Shown: positions 1 through 13,513 of the stretch, in pieces
How positions within the stretch are numbered: position 1 is the first letter of the stretch
Layout of the letters: the number at the start of each line of letters is the position of its first letter
Origin: Octopus vulgaris
Lineage: Eukaryota
Direction: 5' to 3'
Length of the DNA stretch: 64,000 nucleotides
Assembly (NCBI GenBank): GCA_951406725.2
Contig: OX597815.1
Location: forward strand, 201,190,001-201,254,000
Translations under genes and position numbers: made by a program
The notes under the pieces: model-generated
What the model saw: only the letters and a program-made list of their open reading frames with translations
Databases searched by the model: none
Told to the model about the DNA's origin: nothing

Positions 1-189
1 TATAATGCTATCTTAATCAGAAGTGACTACATTTAATGAAACCTATTACTACCATCGTAAGCATTTCATTTTGGAATTACTATTATGTTACTGTGCTAAA
101 TAAAAATTTTAGTAAACACCTATATATTAATATAATTCTTTCGACTGTTATCGTTCATATATTGTTTCTACTATATGTACAATGCCTGG

Positions 190-300
190 ACGTTTCGGAG
201 TAGTCGATTACATTGACTCTGGTGGTCATCCAGTATCTGTTTTATCGACTCCAAAATGAAAAAAATGGTAACATCGGCAGAATTAGAACTCTGAACGTAA
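190..300 (-). mobile_element. SINE family C fragment
   Basis: gtcgattacattgac...ttttatcgac...cggcagaattagaactctgaacgtaa. Confidence 0.65.
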
Positions 301-931
301 ACTTTTATTTCATAATTTACCTGCTTTCTAAATACTTGTTCTATAATTATTAATTAATCATTTTAAGGGAAAAACATGAAATATTGTAAAACAAACAATT
401 TCATTATAAAATTCACGAGTGTTTGTAGAGAGTGTTATGTTTTTTCATTCAATAACCAATCGATATATAACGCATCTTTTTCAGCGATGGAGAAAGGCTA
501 GAATTTTGGAGTAGCCAAGCACAAATCATATGTATGTCTGATCCTAGGTATTTAAATTGTATGATAAATCCTCATGTCGCTTCTTTCACCTAAAAGCAAA
601 AATATTTGATTTCATAACGTTTTTTTTTTTTGTCTCTCTTTTTTTTCATTTCTTGCCATATGTTAAAATGTTTTAAATGATTAAAGAAAGCTCTGGTGTC
701 ACTTAGTATGTACAAAGTTCATAGAGGTCATTTTAGAGTTGTATTTCAGCAACAACAGACTTTATATTTTGATTTTAATTCACACATATTTCGTTTAGCT
801 TGGTAGATTATATAATGTGCGTGTGTGAGTATCTATCTGTGTATTAATGCACACATCTCTCCCACTCCTGCACACACACATGTGCCCTCTTATATCTATA
901 TATTTATCTATCTACCTATCTATCTATTATA

Positions 932-1007
<76 letters not shown>

Positions 1008-1499
1008 CATATATATATATACATACATATATACATATATACATATATATACATACAAACACAAACATGTATGTTTTCTCTAGAATTTGACTGTTATTTT
1101 ATTTAGAATTTTATAAATTGCATTTTGCGAAATTAAATAAACCACATATTCAATTTAAATGTCACTTCCTTGCGACATTTATTGCTATGTGTAATTTATA
1201 CGTCCGATTTTTTTCTGAGAATTAAATAAATGATGATGTAAGACAATGGATGTAACGTTCAATTTACCGTTCGTTATATTTTTGTATCCTAATGATTTGT
1301 ACTTTACAGATATAAACAAATGTGATGCTTATGCAATGTTATTAGATATTGTTTAGTAATAATGATTAATCAGTCGTCTTATTTTCGCAAATAATATATT
1401 ATAATTGCTTTAAGTTAATATTTCTGATACATATTTTTGTCATCAGGCTATCACGCTGCCAAAAGTACATTATGTTAGCTTGCATTTGTCCAGGCAGTT

Positions 1500-2345
1500 T
1501 ACAAGGTAGCATCAAAAATTTCCCGAACTAATTATATTTAATAAAAATAATACACTTACCTAAGTTTGAACATCATCTTCTTCGAAATTGTAACCCCGTG
1601 CAGCAATAAACTAATCTCAGTTTTCCTGCCACTTTTGAATCCGGCCTAGAAGTCGTTTTCCTTAAGCGAGATGGGGACCTTCTGCGATTAGTTTGGATCT
1701 CGACAACGGGATTAAAAGTGTGGCTTTGAGCTGCCTTTTCATTTTGGGGAAAAGATGGAAGTTCGCAGAAGCTAAATCTGGTGAACAGAACGGGTGCAGA
1801 AGCGATATATTGTTGCATTTGGTGAGAAACTCTCGATTGAACAGAGCTCGGTTACAGAATGCATTTTCGTCCTCAATGACCCAATTCTAAGCGCTCCAAA
1901 GATCCAGTCGCATTCGTCGAATGTTTTCCCTTAAATACTTCAAAGTGTCACTGATTTCCCTCTGACGATCCTCATGAAAAAGCTAATGGATTTTCTTCAC
2001 ATTTCCGTAGGTGATGTCCATGACAGTCGTTCGTTTTTGAATCGCCCGCGCCAGTCGAAATATTGCGTACGACCAATTGCTTCGTCTTCGTAGCAGACTC
2101 ACCACGTTTAAAGCAAAATTTCTTGCTGCCTCTTTGTTCCAATTCCCTGTCCATGAAACCAATCGCAGACTGCAGCATGCATGTAATAACTAAAACACAA
2201 ATTTCATGACTTGCGAAGTAAAGACAGTAATGCCATTCGACACACAGCCTCCTGAAGGTCACTGCTAGCTGCCACTGTACATGTAGCTGTGTACTGCTAT
2301 CTGTTGGCGCGCTACGGAACTAGTTATGGAACTTTGTTAATACAT
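1500..2345 (-). mobile_element. Decayed, internally deleted mariner transposon
   Basis: MDRELEQRGSKKFCFKRGESATKT (mariner N-terminus) and HPFCSPDLASANFHLFPKMK (YSPDLAP motif). Imperfect TIRs. Confidence 0.85.
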
Positions 2346-3585
2346 AGACGGGGAACAATGGGTATCTTAACACAATTTATCACAAGTTCATTATGATGTT
2401 CTCGTTTTATGTTCATATTCTCTTTTCAATTTTCTCTATACGCGCTTTCATGCGCCATATGAGTTTGATCATCACTCAAAATTAAAGAAACGACGTAACG
2501 GGTTATTTGTCTCTTCATATTTTTTCTGAAATATTTTGGAGCTGATTTGCCTGTATTGTTTTGTTCTGCAGAATGTGTTTGTTGCTTGCATCATTGAAGT
2601 GAATGGCAATCATAAACTGACCTTCTAATTACAGGAAAACTCACAGAATGATATTTTCATTCGTGGGCAGTTACATGATAGCTATATAATATAAAAGGTT
2701 GGTCTGATCCAAACCATCAGTCTAAAACTCACTTGTACGTACGAATATTACTGTTAAGACTGCGGTTACCTATTTCTATCTGAATATTTATTCACATTCA
2801 AATTTTATCTGTAGCAGACTTTTGAAACAATCCTGAAAGCAAATTTATCGCTGCGATTAACTGCTATAGTGAGTTGATCTCAGATTCTTTTCGCATGTAA
2901 AAGCTTGTGAGTTTGAGCTCTTTTACAGTTTCTTTTTGTATCAAGATCGAAAGGCCTACATCGCAGCCCATCGAAATGACAATTACCGCAAATGGATTGT
3001 GAATATTGCGGGATTTAATGTAAACGTTTCATATTCTTTTGAAATTATTCCAGCGGAAACTGATTTCATAAAGACATGCTTCTTAAACAAAGAACACATT
3101 ATTAAATTTCAAAGCTAATATCCTTTGTATACATTCATGTGTTTCTTACACTATGAATGATTGCCACATAAAGATTTAAAATATGATATAAAAATATAGG
3201 TATGTGTAATCTGTAAGATAATATAATTTGGTAAGTTGAAAATATGAGAAGGTTTAGATAAATATTAGGAATTATCAACTGGCATGATATGAAGAGGACA
3301 TGAGGTATGATAATAAAATGAGTTGATATTACTTGAATCATGGCTAGAAAATCTATTAAGCGCGTATTTTATAAGATATCACACTTTACTTAGCATGTTA
3401 TGATGCTAATATTTCTTCAGTGTAACGATTTAAACTGCAGGGACAAAAAGATATTTTTCTTTCAAGAATTACACATAAACATACACATTCACATCATGTA
3501 TGTGTGCGTGTTCCGATGGGACCGTATGTGTGTTTGTGCGAGTGCGTGGGGTGCGTGCGTGAGCGTGATTTATGCATATATATAC

Positions 3586-3689
<104 letters not shown>

Positions 3690-3693
3690 ATAA

Positions 3694-3725
<32 letters not shown>

Positions 3726-3742
3726 ATACATACATACATAAA

Positions 3743-3774
<32 letters not shown>

Positions 3775-3910
3775 CACACTTATATATACATATGTACATT
3801 TTATGTGTGTATGCATGTGTATATGCGCGTGCGCGTGTATATACATATAGTGTATTTATAAATATATATGAAGATCGATAGGTAGATATAGATATATGTG
3901 AGCGCGAGTG

Positions 3911-3960
<50 letters not shown>

Positions 3961-5046
3961 TATGTATAAGCATATATATTGATAAATTATACACACACAC
4001 ACATATACATATATGTATATATATATGTATATACATACACATGCATGTATATTCATACATATACGTGAACACACACATATAGACATGCACACACACTCAC
4101 ACATATCTATCATTATTTCTCGGTTTCTTCTTGATTTTTTTTTCTTGATAGAAGATAAGGATTGTGTTTATCTGAGTGATCTATAATGTAACATGGAAAC
4201 TTAATATTTTGTTTTTAAGAGTTATTGCTTTCTCAATATTGAATACGGTTATACGAGACATGACATTTGGTTTTGACATAACATTATTGGTTATATTTGC
4301 CTGTTGCTACACATTCTGCAGAAGAATGTTCCATTATTTGTAAACTTCTAATGTCATATTCATAGATGTATAATCTTACAACATCAACACTATGTTTCTC
4401 TGGAAATTGATTGCACTCTTTAGAAATGTTACCGTTTCGTTTATCTATAATTATTAAACGGTTCTTTGTAGTATCTTCTCCTCTATTTTGTATAAATTCG
4501 CGTAATTCGTCCCGCATAAACATATCTGTAAATATAAGGAATCATTGAAAATTGGGTATATTTGTGGTCATTCACAATGTATCTAATATCTATCATACAT
4601 CTAAGAAATCAAACCAAAATTTAAACTGTGAGAAACAAGAGGGTTTCACGTATGATAGAAAATATCTGTTGGTTATTAATATTTAAGTTATAATTAAGAT
4701 TAATCTAAATTGATATCTGCACCAGCAAGATCAATTTCTGTACTTGTAACAGGAATATTTTGTAATAGCAATTTCCAAATATAAAACAAAATTTTCATTC
4801 GTATTAATCTCAGTGTAGTATTTAATATCTATTTTCAGAGACTTTATTGCTGATTCGGTACCCAATTATACACCTCTCTAGACAAGCAAGCATCAATAAA
4901 GTATTATTGGATAGATCTATACATCATGTTGCTGTAAATATCTTAATCATTATATATTTTCAGGAAAAGATATCCTAACCACAAAAGTGGTGCCAGGTCA
5001 GAATTTGGCCAATCTAATACAAATACTTCAAAATCATTCAACATAT

Positions 5047-5417
5047 AGGCGTAGGAGTGGCTGAGTGGTAAGGCGCTTGCTTACCAACCACATGGTTCCG
5101 GGTTCAGTCCCACTGCATGGACCTTTCGGCGAGTGAATAGATTTGGTAGTCGGAAACTGAAAGAAGCCCGTCGTATATGTGTATATATATATGTATGTAT
5201 GTGTGTATATGTTTGTGTGTCTGAATTTGCAACCCCCCACAAAATCGCATGACAACTGATGCTGCTGTGCTTACGTCCCCGTAACTTAGCGGTTCGGCAA
5301 AAGAGACCGATAGAATAAGTACTAGGCTTACAAAGAATAAGTCCTGGGGGTCGATTTTCTCGACTAAAGGCGGTGCTCCAGCATGGCCACGTCAAATGAC
5401 TGAAACAAGTAAAAGAG
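5047..5417 (+). mobile_element. tRNA-derived SINE family A
   Basis: A box tggctgagtggt, B box ggttcagtccc, internal (TA/TG)n, tail gactgaaacaagtaaaagag. Multiple copies in the window. Confidence 0.9.
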
Positions 5418-5783
5418 TATATCAAATTGAACTGTCTCCTCAGGCTAAAATATCGCTTTAGATGAATAGGTCTATCGTTTCGGTTCATGGATGGCCATCG
5501 TTAATTGGACCGCCTTCATACAGGATTACCCAGTTACCAAGAACAAAACCAGTAACATACTGCAGATCTCCATTGAAAACTATGAAAGTTTAACTAGATC
5601 TGTCTATAATGCCTTTGTACATTATATTTGTGCCAGGGAAGTCGAACTAATGTTAAACGGTTTATTCACATCATGAGATTCAATCTATTATTGCATTCTC
5701 ATTGATTAAGGTATTTTCTGTACTTTTTGACATATTTAGTTATATATATAGAGAGAGATAGGATTTTTGTGCGCGCATGTACC

Positions 5784-5825
<42 letters not shown>

Positions 5826-5890
5826 GGAGCCTCGTTCGATTTGTTTTACTCCGCCTCTGTTCTGTTTTTGTTTGTTCCAACGGATTTCCT

Positions 5891-5981
5891 ATTTCTTCCT
5901 GAAGAGAAAGACACAATATGGTCTCATTATTCAATCGGAATTTGGTAAGTTGTGCCTTTCGAAACACGTGTAGAATGAAAT
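5891..5981 (+). ncRNA. Type I hammerhead ribozyme (PLE pLTR remnant)
   Basis: atttcttc-CTGAAGA-gaaagacacaa...ttgtgcctttc-GAAA-cacgtg-TA-gaatgaaat. Stems I and II pair, stem III is the palindrome ACACGTGT, and the predicted cut is after 5972. The insert is flanked by (TA)n. Confidence 0.85.
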
Positions 5982-6589
5982 AAAACGATTTCTGTTCAAT
6001 ATTCGTTCAACTCCATTTCTTCAATTCACTAATCATATATATATATATATACATATATATATAAATCAATAAATGGTGGGGTTGTGTTGACCGCACGTGG
6101 AGAAATGATAGGCAAAGAAAAATTAAAAAGGCAGAATGCTAAATTGAAGGAAAAGTTTAATGAAAATGGGTGTATGGAACATTTTGAAAAATTAATAAAA
6201 TATATATATATATTAATTCAAAACGGTTTTCGTTACAATGTGATTTTCAAGTATTGTAAGGTGGAAAGAAAAACTGTTTTGTTTATGTTTGACGAGGGGA
6301 TAAAAAGAAAATTACATTGTTTTTTGCAAAAAAAAAAATAAACATATAAAAAAATTAGAAAATAGGTATTCCGATACATTGTAAAGTCTTTGTGTATCTC
6401 GAGTTTAATGATAGTTCTTGAAAAAATTACCTTGGAGGATTGAGATCCATGTGATTAAATCCATGTGCTGTTTAATTTAATTAAGGATGTCTGTTAAGTG
6501 AATGTCAAAATAGGAAGTAGTTGTCCAGTTCCTGTGAGTAAGGAGAGACAACTCTGTGGGCTTTAAGCTCTTCAATTTGGGTTTATCAA

Positions 6590-6720
6590 TATTTTGTACC
6601 AGGAGCGCCTCCTCGTTAACTGTTTTCGGGAGGTGTTTGAGCATGTCTAGATCATCCCTAATGAAACTTTTGATGTGAGTAAGGAAAAGTTTCAAAAGGA
6701 TGCCTAGGAAATTACTCAAT
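6590..6720 (-). pseudogene. PLE RT fragment
   Basis: LSNFLGILLKLFLTHIKSFIRDDLDMLKHLPKTVNEEALLV aligns with LSNFVDTLLKPFLKHIKSYVRDDIDMLNHLHETVNEKTLLV of the 28616 ORF. Confidence 0.85.
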
Positions 6721-7376
6721 ATATATATATAAATATCACTTAACATATCTTCATATAGACAGAATTTTTCTTAAATATTGTTCACTTATATTTCCAAATA
6801 TCCGTTAGCGCCATCAGTTATAGTTCATACACAACTAGACTCAACACTCTCTAAGTATTTTTTAATCTTTCATCCTTCATAATCGTATTATGAATATCCG
6901 AGCATACTATATGACACTCAATTCATCTAGACATCTGTAACAACATAATATTCTTCTGATTTATTCTTTTTTATGTATTCTTGTTTTGCATTCAGGAGAA
7001 TTTGATATGTAATTAATTTAATTATAATTAATCATTAAATTAATTAAATTTTTTTCCGTGTTTCTTACATGTTAATATTCTCGTTCGAAACGATCGTATG
7101 CATGGATTAAAATTATATAAAACGTTTAACACCTTTTCTTCTCCATTTTTAATGGTTTGTCCTATAGGATACGTTTTCTACAAATGCTCATAACACACCT
7201 AGTAATATTTCCGTATTAGTAAGCTACCAATTTAATATGAAGAACCTTTATTAGAAATCTAACTTTGGAACACCACAAAGTAAAGCATAAAATTGACATA
7301 TAATCTCACATTTATATATACACATATATATATATGTGCGTGTGTGTGTGTATGTGTGTGTGTGTATGTGTGTGTG

Positions 7377-7426
<50 letters not shown>

Positions 7427-7689
7427 CATACATATAGATAGATACAGATAGATAGACACAGAAAGAGAGATAGAGAGAATTGCACATGTACATATACATA
7501 TATATAACTTTGTATGTATTCATGCATGCATGAGCGTATGTAAGGAGAGAGAGCTCGTGCATGAATGAAAGTGGTGGTGCGGGTCACAAGGAATTTTCAA
7601 ATAACATAGTTACACAGATAATTTTGATACATATATTTATGTCAAATCGCAGTGAAAAAAGCATTAGCAATTCATCCAAACTGACTCAA

Positions 7690-8030
7690 TTACTAAACTT
7701 AAACTTAGATATGTTTCGACCAAAGGTTGGTCCAGGCCATGTCTAACTTAATAGCACCACCTGATAGGATTATTCGAATCCTGTGTAAGTCAAGTTTTGT
7801 TTATGGTCCATTCAAGTAGTGAGTTCTTGTTGGGTGAGTTGTATCCAATTATGGGTGGCTTATCTGGTATTCTTTGAAGGAATCTATCCAGACTCCGTTT
7901 AAAGTTGATGGGATCCTTTTCCTCTTTGATGTCTTTCAGGACAATGTTAAATAGGGCTGGGCCTGTTGAGGAAAAGAAATTATGTTGCAGTGTACATGCA
8001 TGCTGTGATCTTGAATTGGGCAGGGGACAG
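7690..8030 (-). mobile_element. CR1/L2-like LINE 3' fragment
   Basis: HNFFSSTGPALFNIVLKDIKEEKDPINFKRSLDRFLQRIPDKPP C-terminal motif. Confidence 0.75.
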
Positions 8031-9009
8031 CATCTTTTGAAGGATTGTACTAAAATGACAATCTCATTTCTATCAAATCACGCCGAAAATGTGAAAATAA
8101 TTAAGCAAATAAATTTCAGTTAATGAATTTTCTTTAATGCAAGTCTAATCTGTTTTGGGGCATTATTTACGATAAAAACATCAGATGGAATCAGTCCTTG
8201 TTTCAATGCTTGAATATAAATTTCAAAAACTGAAACAAAGTCGTCCGTTAGACTATGCCTTCTCGCATACATTCTTAAGCATCATAAAACATTGTGACCA
8301 CAAAAAAGAAAAAAAATCTAGATCTAGATTGCTATTATCATTGCCTGAAATATCTGTAAGATATCTCTTTACCTACTGCTGTCTTTTAAAGATTGCAACC
8401 GTCATACATAGGCAATCATACGAGAAATGGATGGAAGAATTCTATTCTTCAGTCATAGATGTTAGCAGTGTCTACACAAATTCTTCAGTCATAGATGTTA
8501 GCAGTGTCTACACAAAATTGGCATGTCCCAATGTATGAATACTTCTTCCTCCTGCACACAAAGTTATGATATGCTATAGAACCAGTGTCAGCTATTACAT
8601 TTTCACCTTGCAAATATGGATGCAAACGTTTCCACCAGTGATTTAATATTCATTTTATGAAATTCTTTCCAAGAAGGCAAAAGTGTAGCTCAGTATGACA
8701 GACTGGATTAATATATTTGTTTTAATATCTCATGTAAAATATCATGATATTGGATTAGTAATGTAAGATAGGACATCGCTCTGAAATCAGCAACCACAAT
8801 TCTATATTAGCAACATCGACTATAAAATGCTGTCTAGCTTTACGAACCAGTTTGCATTAAATTGAGAGTATTCTATGTAGAAATAAGAAACCTCGCACTG
8901 CTGTTGTATATTAGAATTCTGAACTCGGCCGAAATCTAATGTTATCAGATGTTGCAAGAACGTGATGATACGCTTAAATCGCTGAAAATATTTTCCAAAA
9001 ATATATTGT

Positions 9010-9790
9010 ACATCTCAAAGTATATGAGGAAATAAATTGAGTCTAAACTGTAGACACTTAAGAGTGGTAGACAACGAATTGAAATGACATTTTCATCGTT
9101 GCTCGGAACTTTGACAGTCATGCTGGAAAGCACTCCGATGGATTTAATGCCGTGCAGGGAGGTTACAGTTCTGGTTCTAGTAATGAGGAAGGAACAAGAG
9201 TGTTGGGTTCTTATGATTCAAATGATTTACTGGCTTGCTATGGAAGTTCAGCAGACCTGCAGGCCATTTCATTACTTATCGATCTGGTGGGCACACCAGC
9301 CATATTGACTACATTCTCGCCAGAAATAGAGACAGGCAAGAGAATGCATGGCCATTACTAAATGAAGAAACGGCAATTCAACATAGCTTAATAATTAGCA
9401 AATTCAGACTTAGGGCTAGAAGGACCCACTGACAAAAAGCGGTATGGAAAAAGAGGTTATGGAAACATAAGGATCTTTCAAATGGGTAAAGATTCAGAGA
9501 CGTTCTTAATGAAGGATTTGATGTGAAGGAAGAAGAGACAGAGGTATATGCACAGAAAACAATTAGAAAGCATTACGGTATAATCTACTGAAGGCAACGA
9601 ACCAAGGATGGCATGATGTTGGAGGAGTCACGCCGACTAAAGCACGAAAGATACAAGATAGGTTTGGGAAAATTGGAAAAGTGGGAGTAGCAAAAAATCT
9701 TATCATGTGGCTTAAAGGGAAGCTAGACGTCCGGTTTATCTAGCTAGGGCAGGTGCAGAAAGGCAGAGGTTTGCCAGTGTTTTTCCGGAT
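9010..9790 (+). mobile_element. RTE-like LINE fragment (APE endonuclease/tether), decayed
   Basis: GGYSSGSSNEEGTRVL; ITYRSGGHTSHIDYILARNRDR..QHSLIISKFRL. Confidence 0.75.
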
Positions 9791-10378
9791 CGCTAGCTAG
9801 TATGTCAACTGGAATCGAGATATGTTGGAGTCAATATAAGCCGTTCAGAGACATTTATTCGCACACAAACATATGTAGAGTTGTATGTAAATAAGTAAAT
9901 GCAATATGACAATATATGTGCGCATGCATACTTACACATGCAAACGCAGATACACACACTCAGGTGTGCGCCAACGCTGTCATACATCCTCCGCGCCCAC
10001 ACGCATATATACACACACACGCACATACGCCCACATACACACACATATATATATATATAAAACAACTCGAGTATGTCCAACTTTCTTTATATAAATTGAG
10101 GTACCAGTAGATGGTTTTCAAACCGTTTAGCATATAGCCATAGGCAGTTGGATACCTCACAGCAGACCCTTTCCTCAATACGTGATATTGACAACTCACA
10201 ACAATGACGAAATAATGATGTCTATTGCTCTGAAAAGAAATAAGGTATTCTCATGAGAGCTGTCTTACATAGCTGTAACCTAATTTCGGGCCTTCATACA
10301 GCAATGGCATTGAAGCAGCCCGATAAAGTAACAACACACAAACCTCGTGTATGTCTGTCCGATTTTGTTTATATACAC

Positions 10379-10427
<49 letters not shown>

Positions 10428-10439
10428 TATATAATCAAA

Positions 10440-11046
10440 AATAAGGGTGAACAAATTGGATATTAATTTAATAACATCAATTTAACACCAACACTTTAGC
10501 GCATAAAAACTGGGATACAGTAAAAATTAATAGACAAATATAAGAGAGGGTCCACTAAGTGGACGCTGTAGCGCTAAAAATAGATCCGCAATGGTCTCAA
10601 CCACCAAGAATTGTTCCCATGGAGAATTAGCACAACTATGCACGTAAAAGAGCAGGACAAATGAAAAATAACAAAAATGTAGATCAATTCTAGACAATTG
10701 TTTCACTGTTAATGGATTATGCAATGTTACTTACATAATAAATCCGCAGTTCATCAGTAGAATTCGTGATGCAGTATTTGTTTCCGGTAATTTTGGCGCA
10801 CTATAACGAGACATTCGAATCATAACTGCGAATATAATAGACTGAACCACATGTGTGTTTGGCTTTATGTTAAAATCTGGCGTGCGGTTCAATAAATTAT
10901 ATTCATTTTTCTTATCTTTCTTTTGTCCTGCTCGTTTACGTTCATAGTTGTGCTAATTCTCCTTGGGAACAATTCTTGGTGGTTCAGACCATTTCGGATC
11001 TATTTTTAGCGCAAGAGCGTCTACTTAGTGGACCCTCTCTTATATT

Positions 11047-11048
<2 letters not shown>
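10440..11048 (-). mobile_element. PLE pLTR remnant with partial inverted duplication
   Basis: About 145-bp inverted arms (10535-10680 / 10903-11048) surround the hammerhead. (TA)n lies on both sides. Confidence 0.75.
10686..10764 (-). ncRNA. Type I hammerhead ribozyme (PLE pLTR remnant)
   Basis: Minus strand: aattcta-CTGATGA-actg...attatgtaa gtaaca ttgcataat...cagt-GAAA-caattg-TC-tagaatt. Perfect 7-bp stem I, palindromic ACAATTGT, GUC cleavage triplet. Confidence 0.9.
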
Positions 11049-11080
<32 letters not shown>

Positions 11081-12631
11081 CAACCAAAGCGCCCCCTGTC
11101 CAATGGACGGTGCTGAGTTGTAAAACATTTACACTAAATTTTCTCAAAACTGCTTGTCCTACCATCCCATTTTGTGGCATTATTTCAAGCCAGCCGGCAT
11201 TTTTCCCGCAAACTGCACGTTCATTTTTCTCGGTTACGCGTGTATCGATCGCAACAACCGATGTACTTGCGCGTACAAATGCACGTTTCTAAGGTTTTAT
11301 CGATCGCATTCTCACCTGGAATAGATTTTTGTAATTACTTCAAGACTTATACACGCCTTGATACTATCGGTATCTACATATCAAATTTAAGCGCAATTGG
11401 ATGGAGGATGCCCGACATCCTAGAAGATACACACACAATCAGACAGACAGAACGGATTTTATATGATATATACATATAAAATAATAATTTATTTCCGAAC
11501 GCATAAACTCTGATAGAACAGCATAGATTGGATAAAATATCCATACAAAGCGAAAAATTATTCTCATGTCTGGACGCTGACATATTTCTCCGCTTTGTAT
11601 GGATATTTGATCCTTCTCTGCTGTTCTAGCAGCGTGTGCATGTTTATGAATTTCTGGATAGTCATTTGCATAAAGTACTCAAATCCGAAAGATTATTGAT
11701 TGATACTCCAAGGATATTATCTGTAGTATTCAACAGCGTAGCAGAAATGAGATACCATTATGCCGTGAAAAATATACCGATTAAATAATAATTGGAAAAA
11801 AAAAATTATTCCCTCATAAAAGTGAACAAAATATTTGTGTTTGTGGAAAATATAGTAAATTATGATGTACTTGCAAGTTTGGGATTTACAAAACTCAATT
11901 TATTTAGATATTTTTTTATTAGGCAGCCATTTTATGCAGAAGTCCTTCGTGCAAATTTGCATTCATAATTATGTTTCATTGAGAACATGCAGAGCCCCAC
12001 GGCTCAAATAAACAATGTATTCCCTGTAACAATGCACTGATAATAATCACTCTTCATATCATCTCAATCTTAATAATTATATCATTACGACGTTAATTTG
12101 TCTCCTTTGCGCACTCTATTTACTTGTGCATTTCATTTTAAATCTTTTTTTTTTCCGTCATTTCATGTACACACATGATATTTTCCCTAAACGATAGATT
12201 TCAAATGTTTATTTGCGATAGTTACTTATCTACAAGACGTCCTTTTCAAATATATTCTGCAGCATTAGAGGTGCTTTTCATATTAAAGAACATTCAATCT
12301 AAGTCTCAAATTCAAAAATTTCGCCGCATTGTCTCGTTAATTTTTTAAAATGTATTATAGTCATATTCTCTAAGATAATTGTTTTCAGATAACCGCAAGG
12401 CTTCATAGTTACATGTAGTGCATATGTCAAAATCGACAGCGGCAATGATGCAAGAACATTTAACATTTCCAAAATAACACATAATATATGGACACAAATA
12501 CACTCACATACAACATACATGCACATAATAGCAGGCCCACATATATACTCAGGCAAGCACATGCACACACGCACACAAACACACACACACAAACACACAC
12601 ACACACACACATACACACACAAACACATATA

Positions 12632-13513
12632 TACACAAGCTGCTATCAAAATGGTTCCAAGACTATTTCTGTAGCGCGCCATGAGATGGCTTTACGAACT
12701 GAGTGATTGCACTGTTTATTTCTTATGCTGTGAAATATGTGCTTTTGTGATTATGTTTGTGCTGTAGTTTGCAATTTTTGTCATTTTGTTATGCCTGCAA
12801 TTTTACTGAAGATTCAACCTGAAATTTTGCGCTACAATTAGTAGGCCTTCCACAGAGGTATTGAGCCTGCTTTGACCAGCGGTGACAATGTAACGTGTCG
12901 TACGCAATGTTTCAAGTAGCATGGACGTTTCGAAAGCGGCGCAACAGAGCCACAGCTCAATTAGTAGCATGCGCCTAGTTTTCGCGACACCCATGGTATT
13001 GTACATCGAGAATTCGTCCGCGAGGATAAGATCGGTGGGGTTGGGGAAGGGGTTGTACTGTGGTGTTTTAAAGATTATAAACTTAGGATATTCAGCAAAA
13101 GGGACCAGATCTGTGGAGCGTGTAGAAATGCAATTTCCGCAACAATGCACACTGTCTCAGAGCTTTCCTCACTCTTGAGTTTCTTGCCAAAAACACCATA
13201 TATCGATAAAGCACCCGCTCTATTCACCACATTTAGCCTCCGCGTGCTTCCATCACTTTCCCAAAAGGAAAATGCAACGCAAAGTTCACCGTTCTCTCAT
13301 GGTTGTCCAGATGAAGACTGAATCATAAAAGGTCCTCAACACGCATACGGAAATCAAATTTCTAACCGGTTTCCCCAAGTGACAGAAGCGCCGAGACGCT
13401 TGTACTTCTACGCAATATTTTGACTATCTCGAAAGAGATGATGTTAAAATTTAGGTAATTAAATAATCTTTATTAAATGTAACAAGTTCAACAACTTCTT
13501 GATTCCACCTAGT
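12632..13513 (+). mobile_element. Decayed mariner transposon, related to 1500-2345
   Basis: NLKFCATI.. and HPLYSPHLASACFHHFPKRK. Termini resemble those of the first copy (e.g. gtagcgcgcca, ttgattccacctagta). Confidence 0.8.

Noticed and set aside
1962-1985. CTGACGA...GAAA
   Set aside because: No supporting stems; inside a mariner remnant.
12806-12840. CTGAAGA...GAAA hammerhead-like words
   Set aside because: No stems, and it lies in the mariner transposase start (NLKFC).
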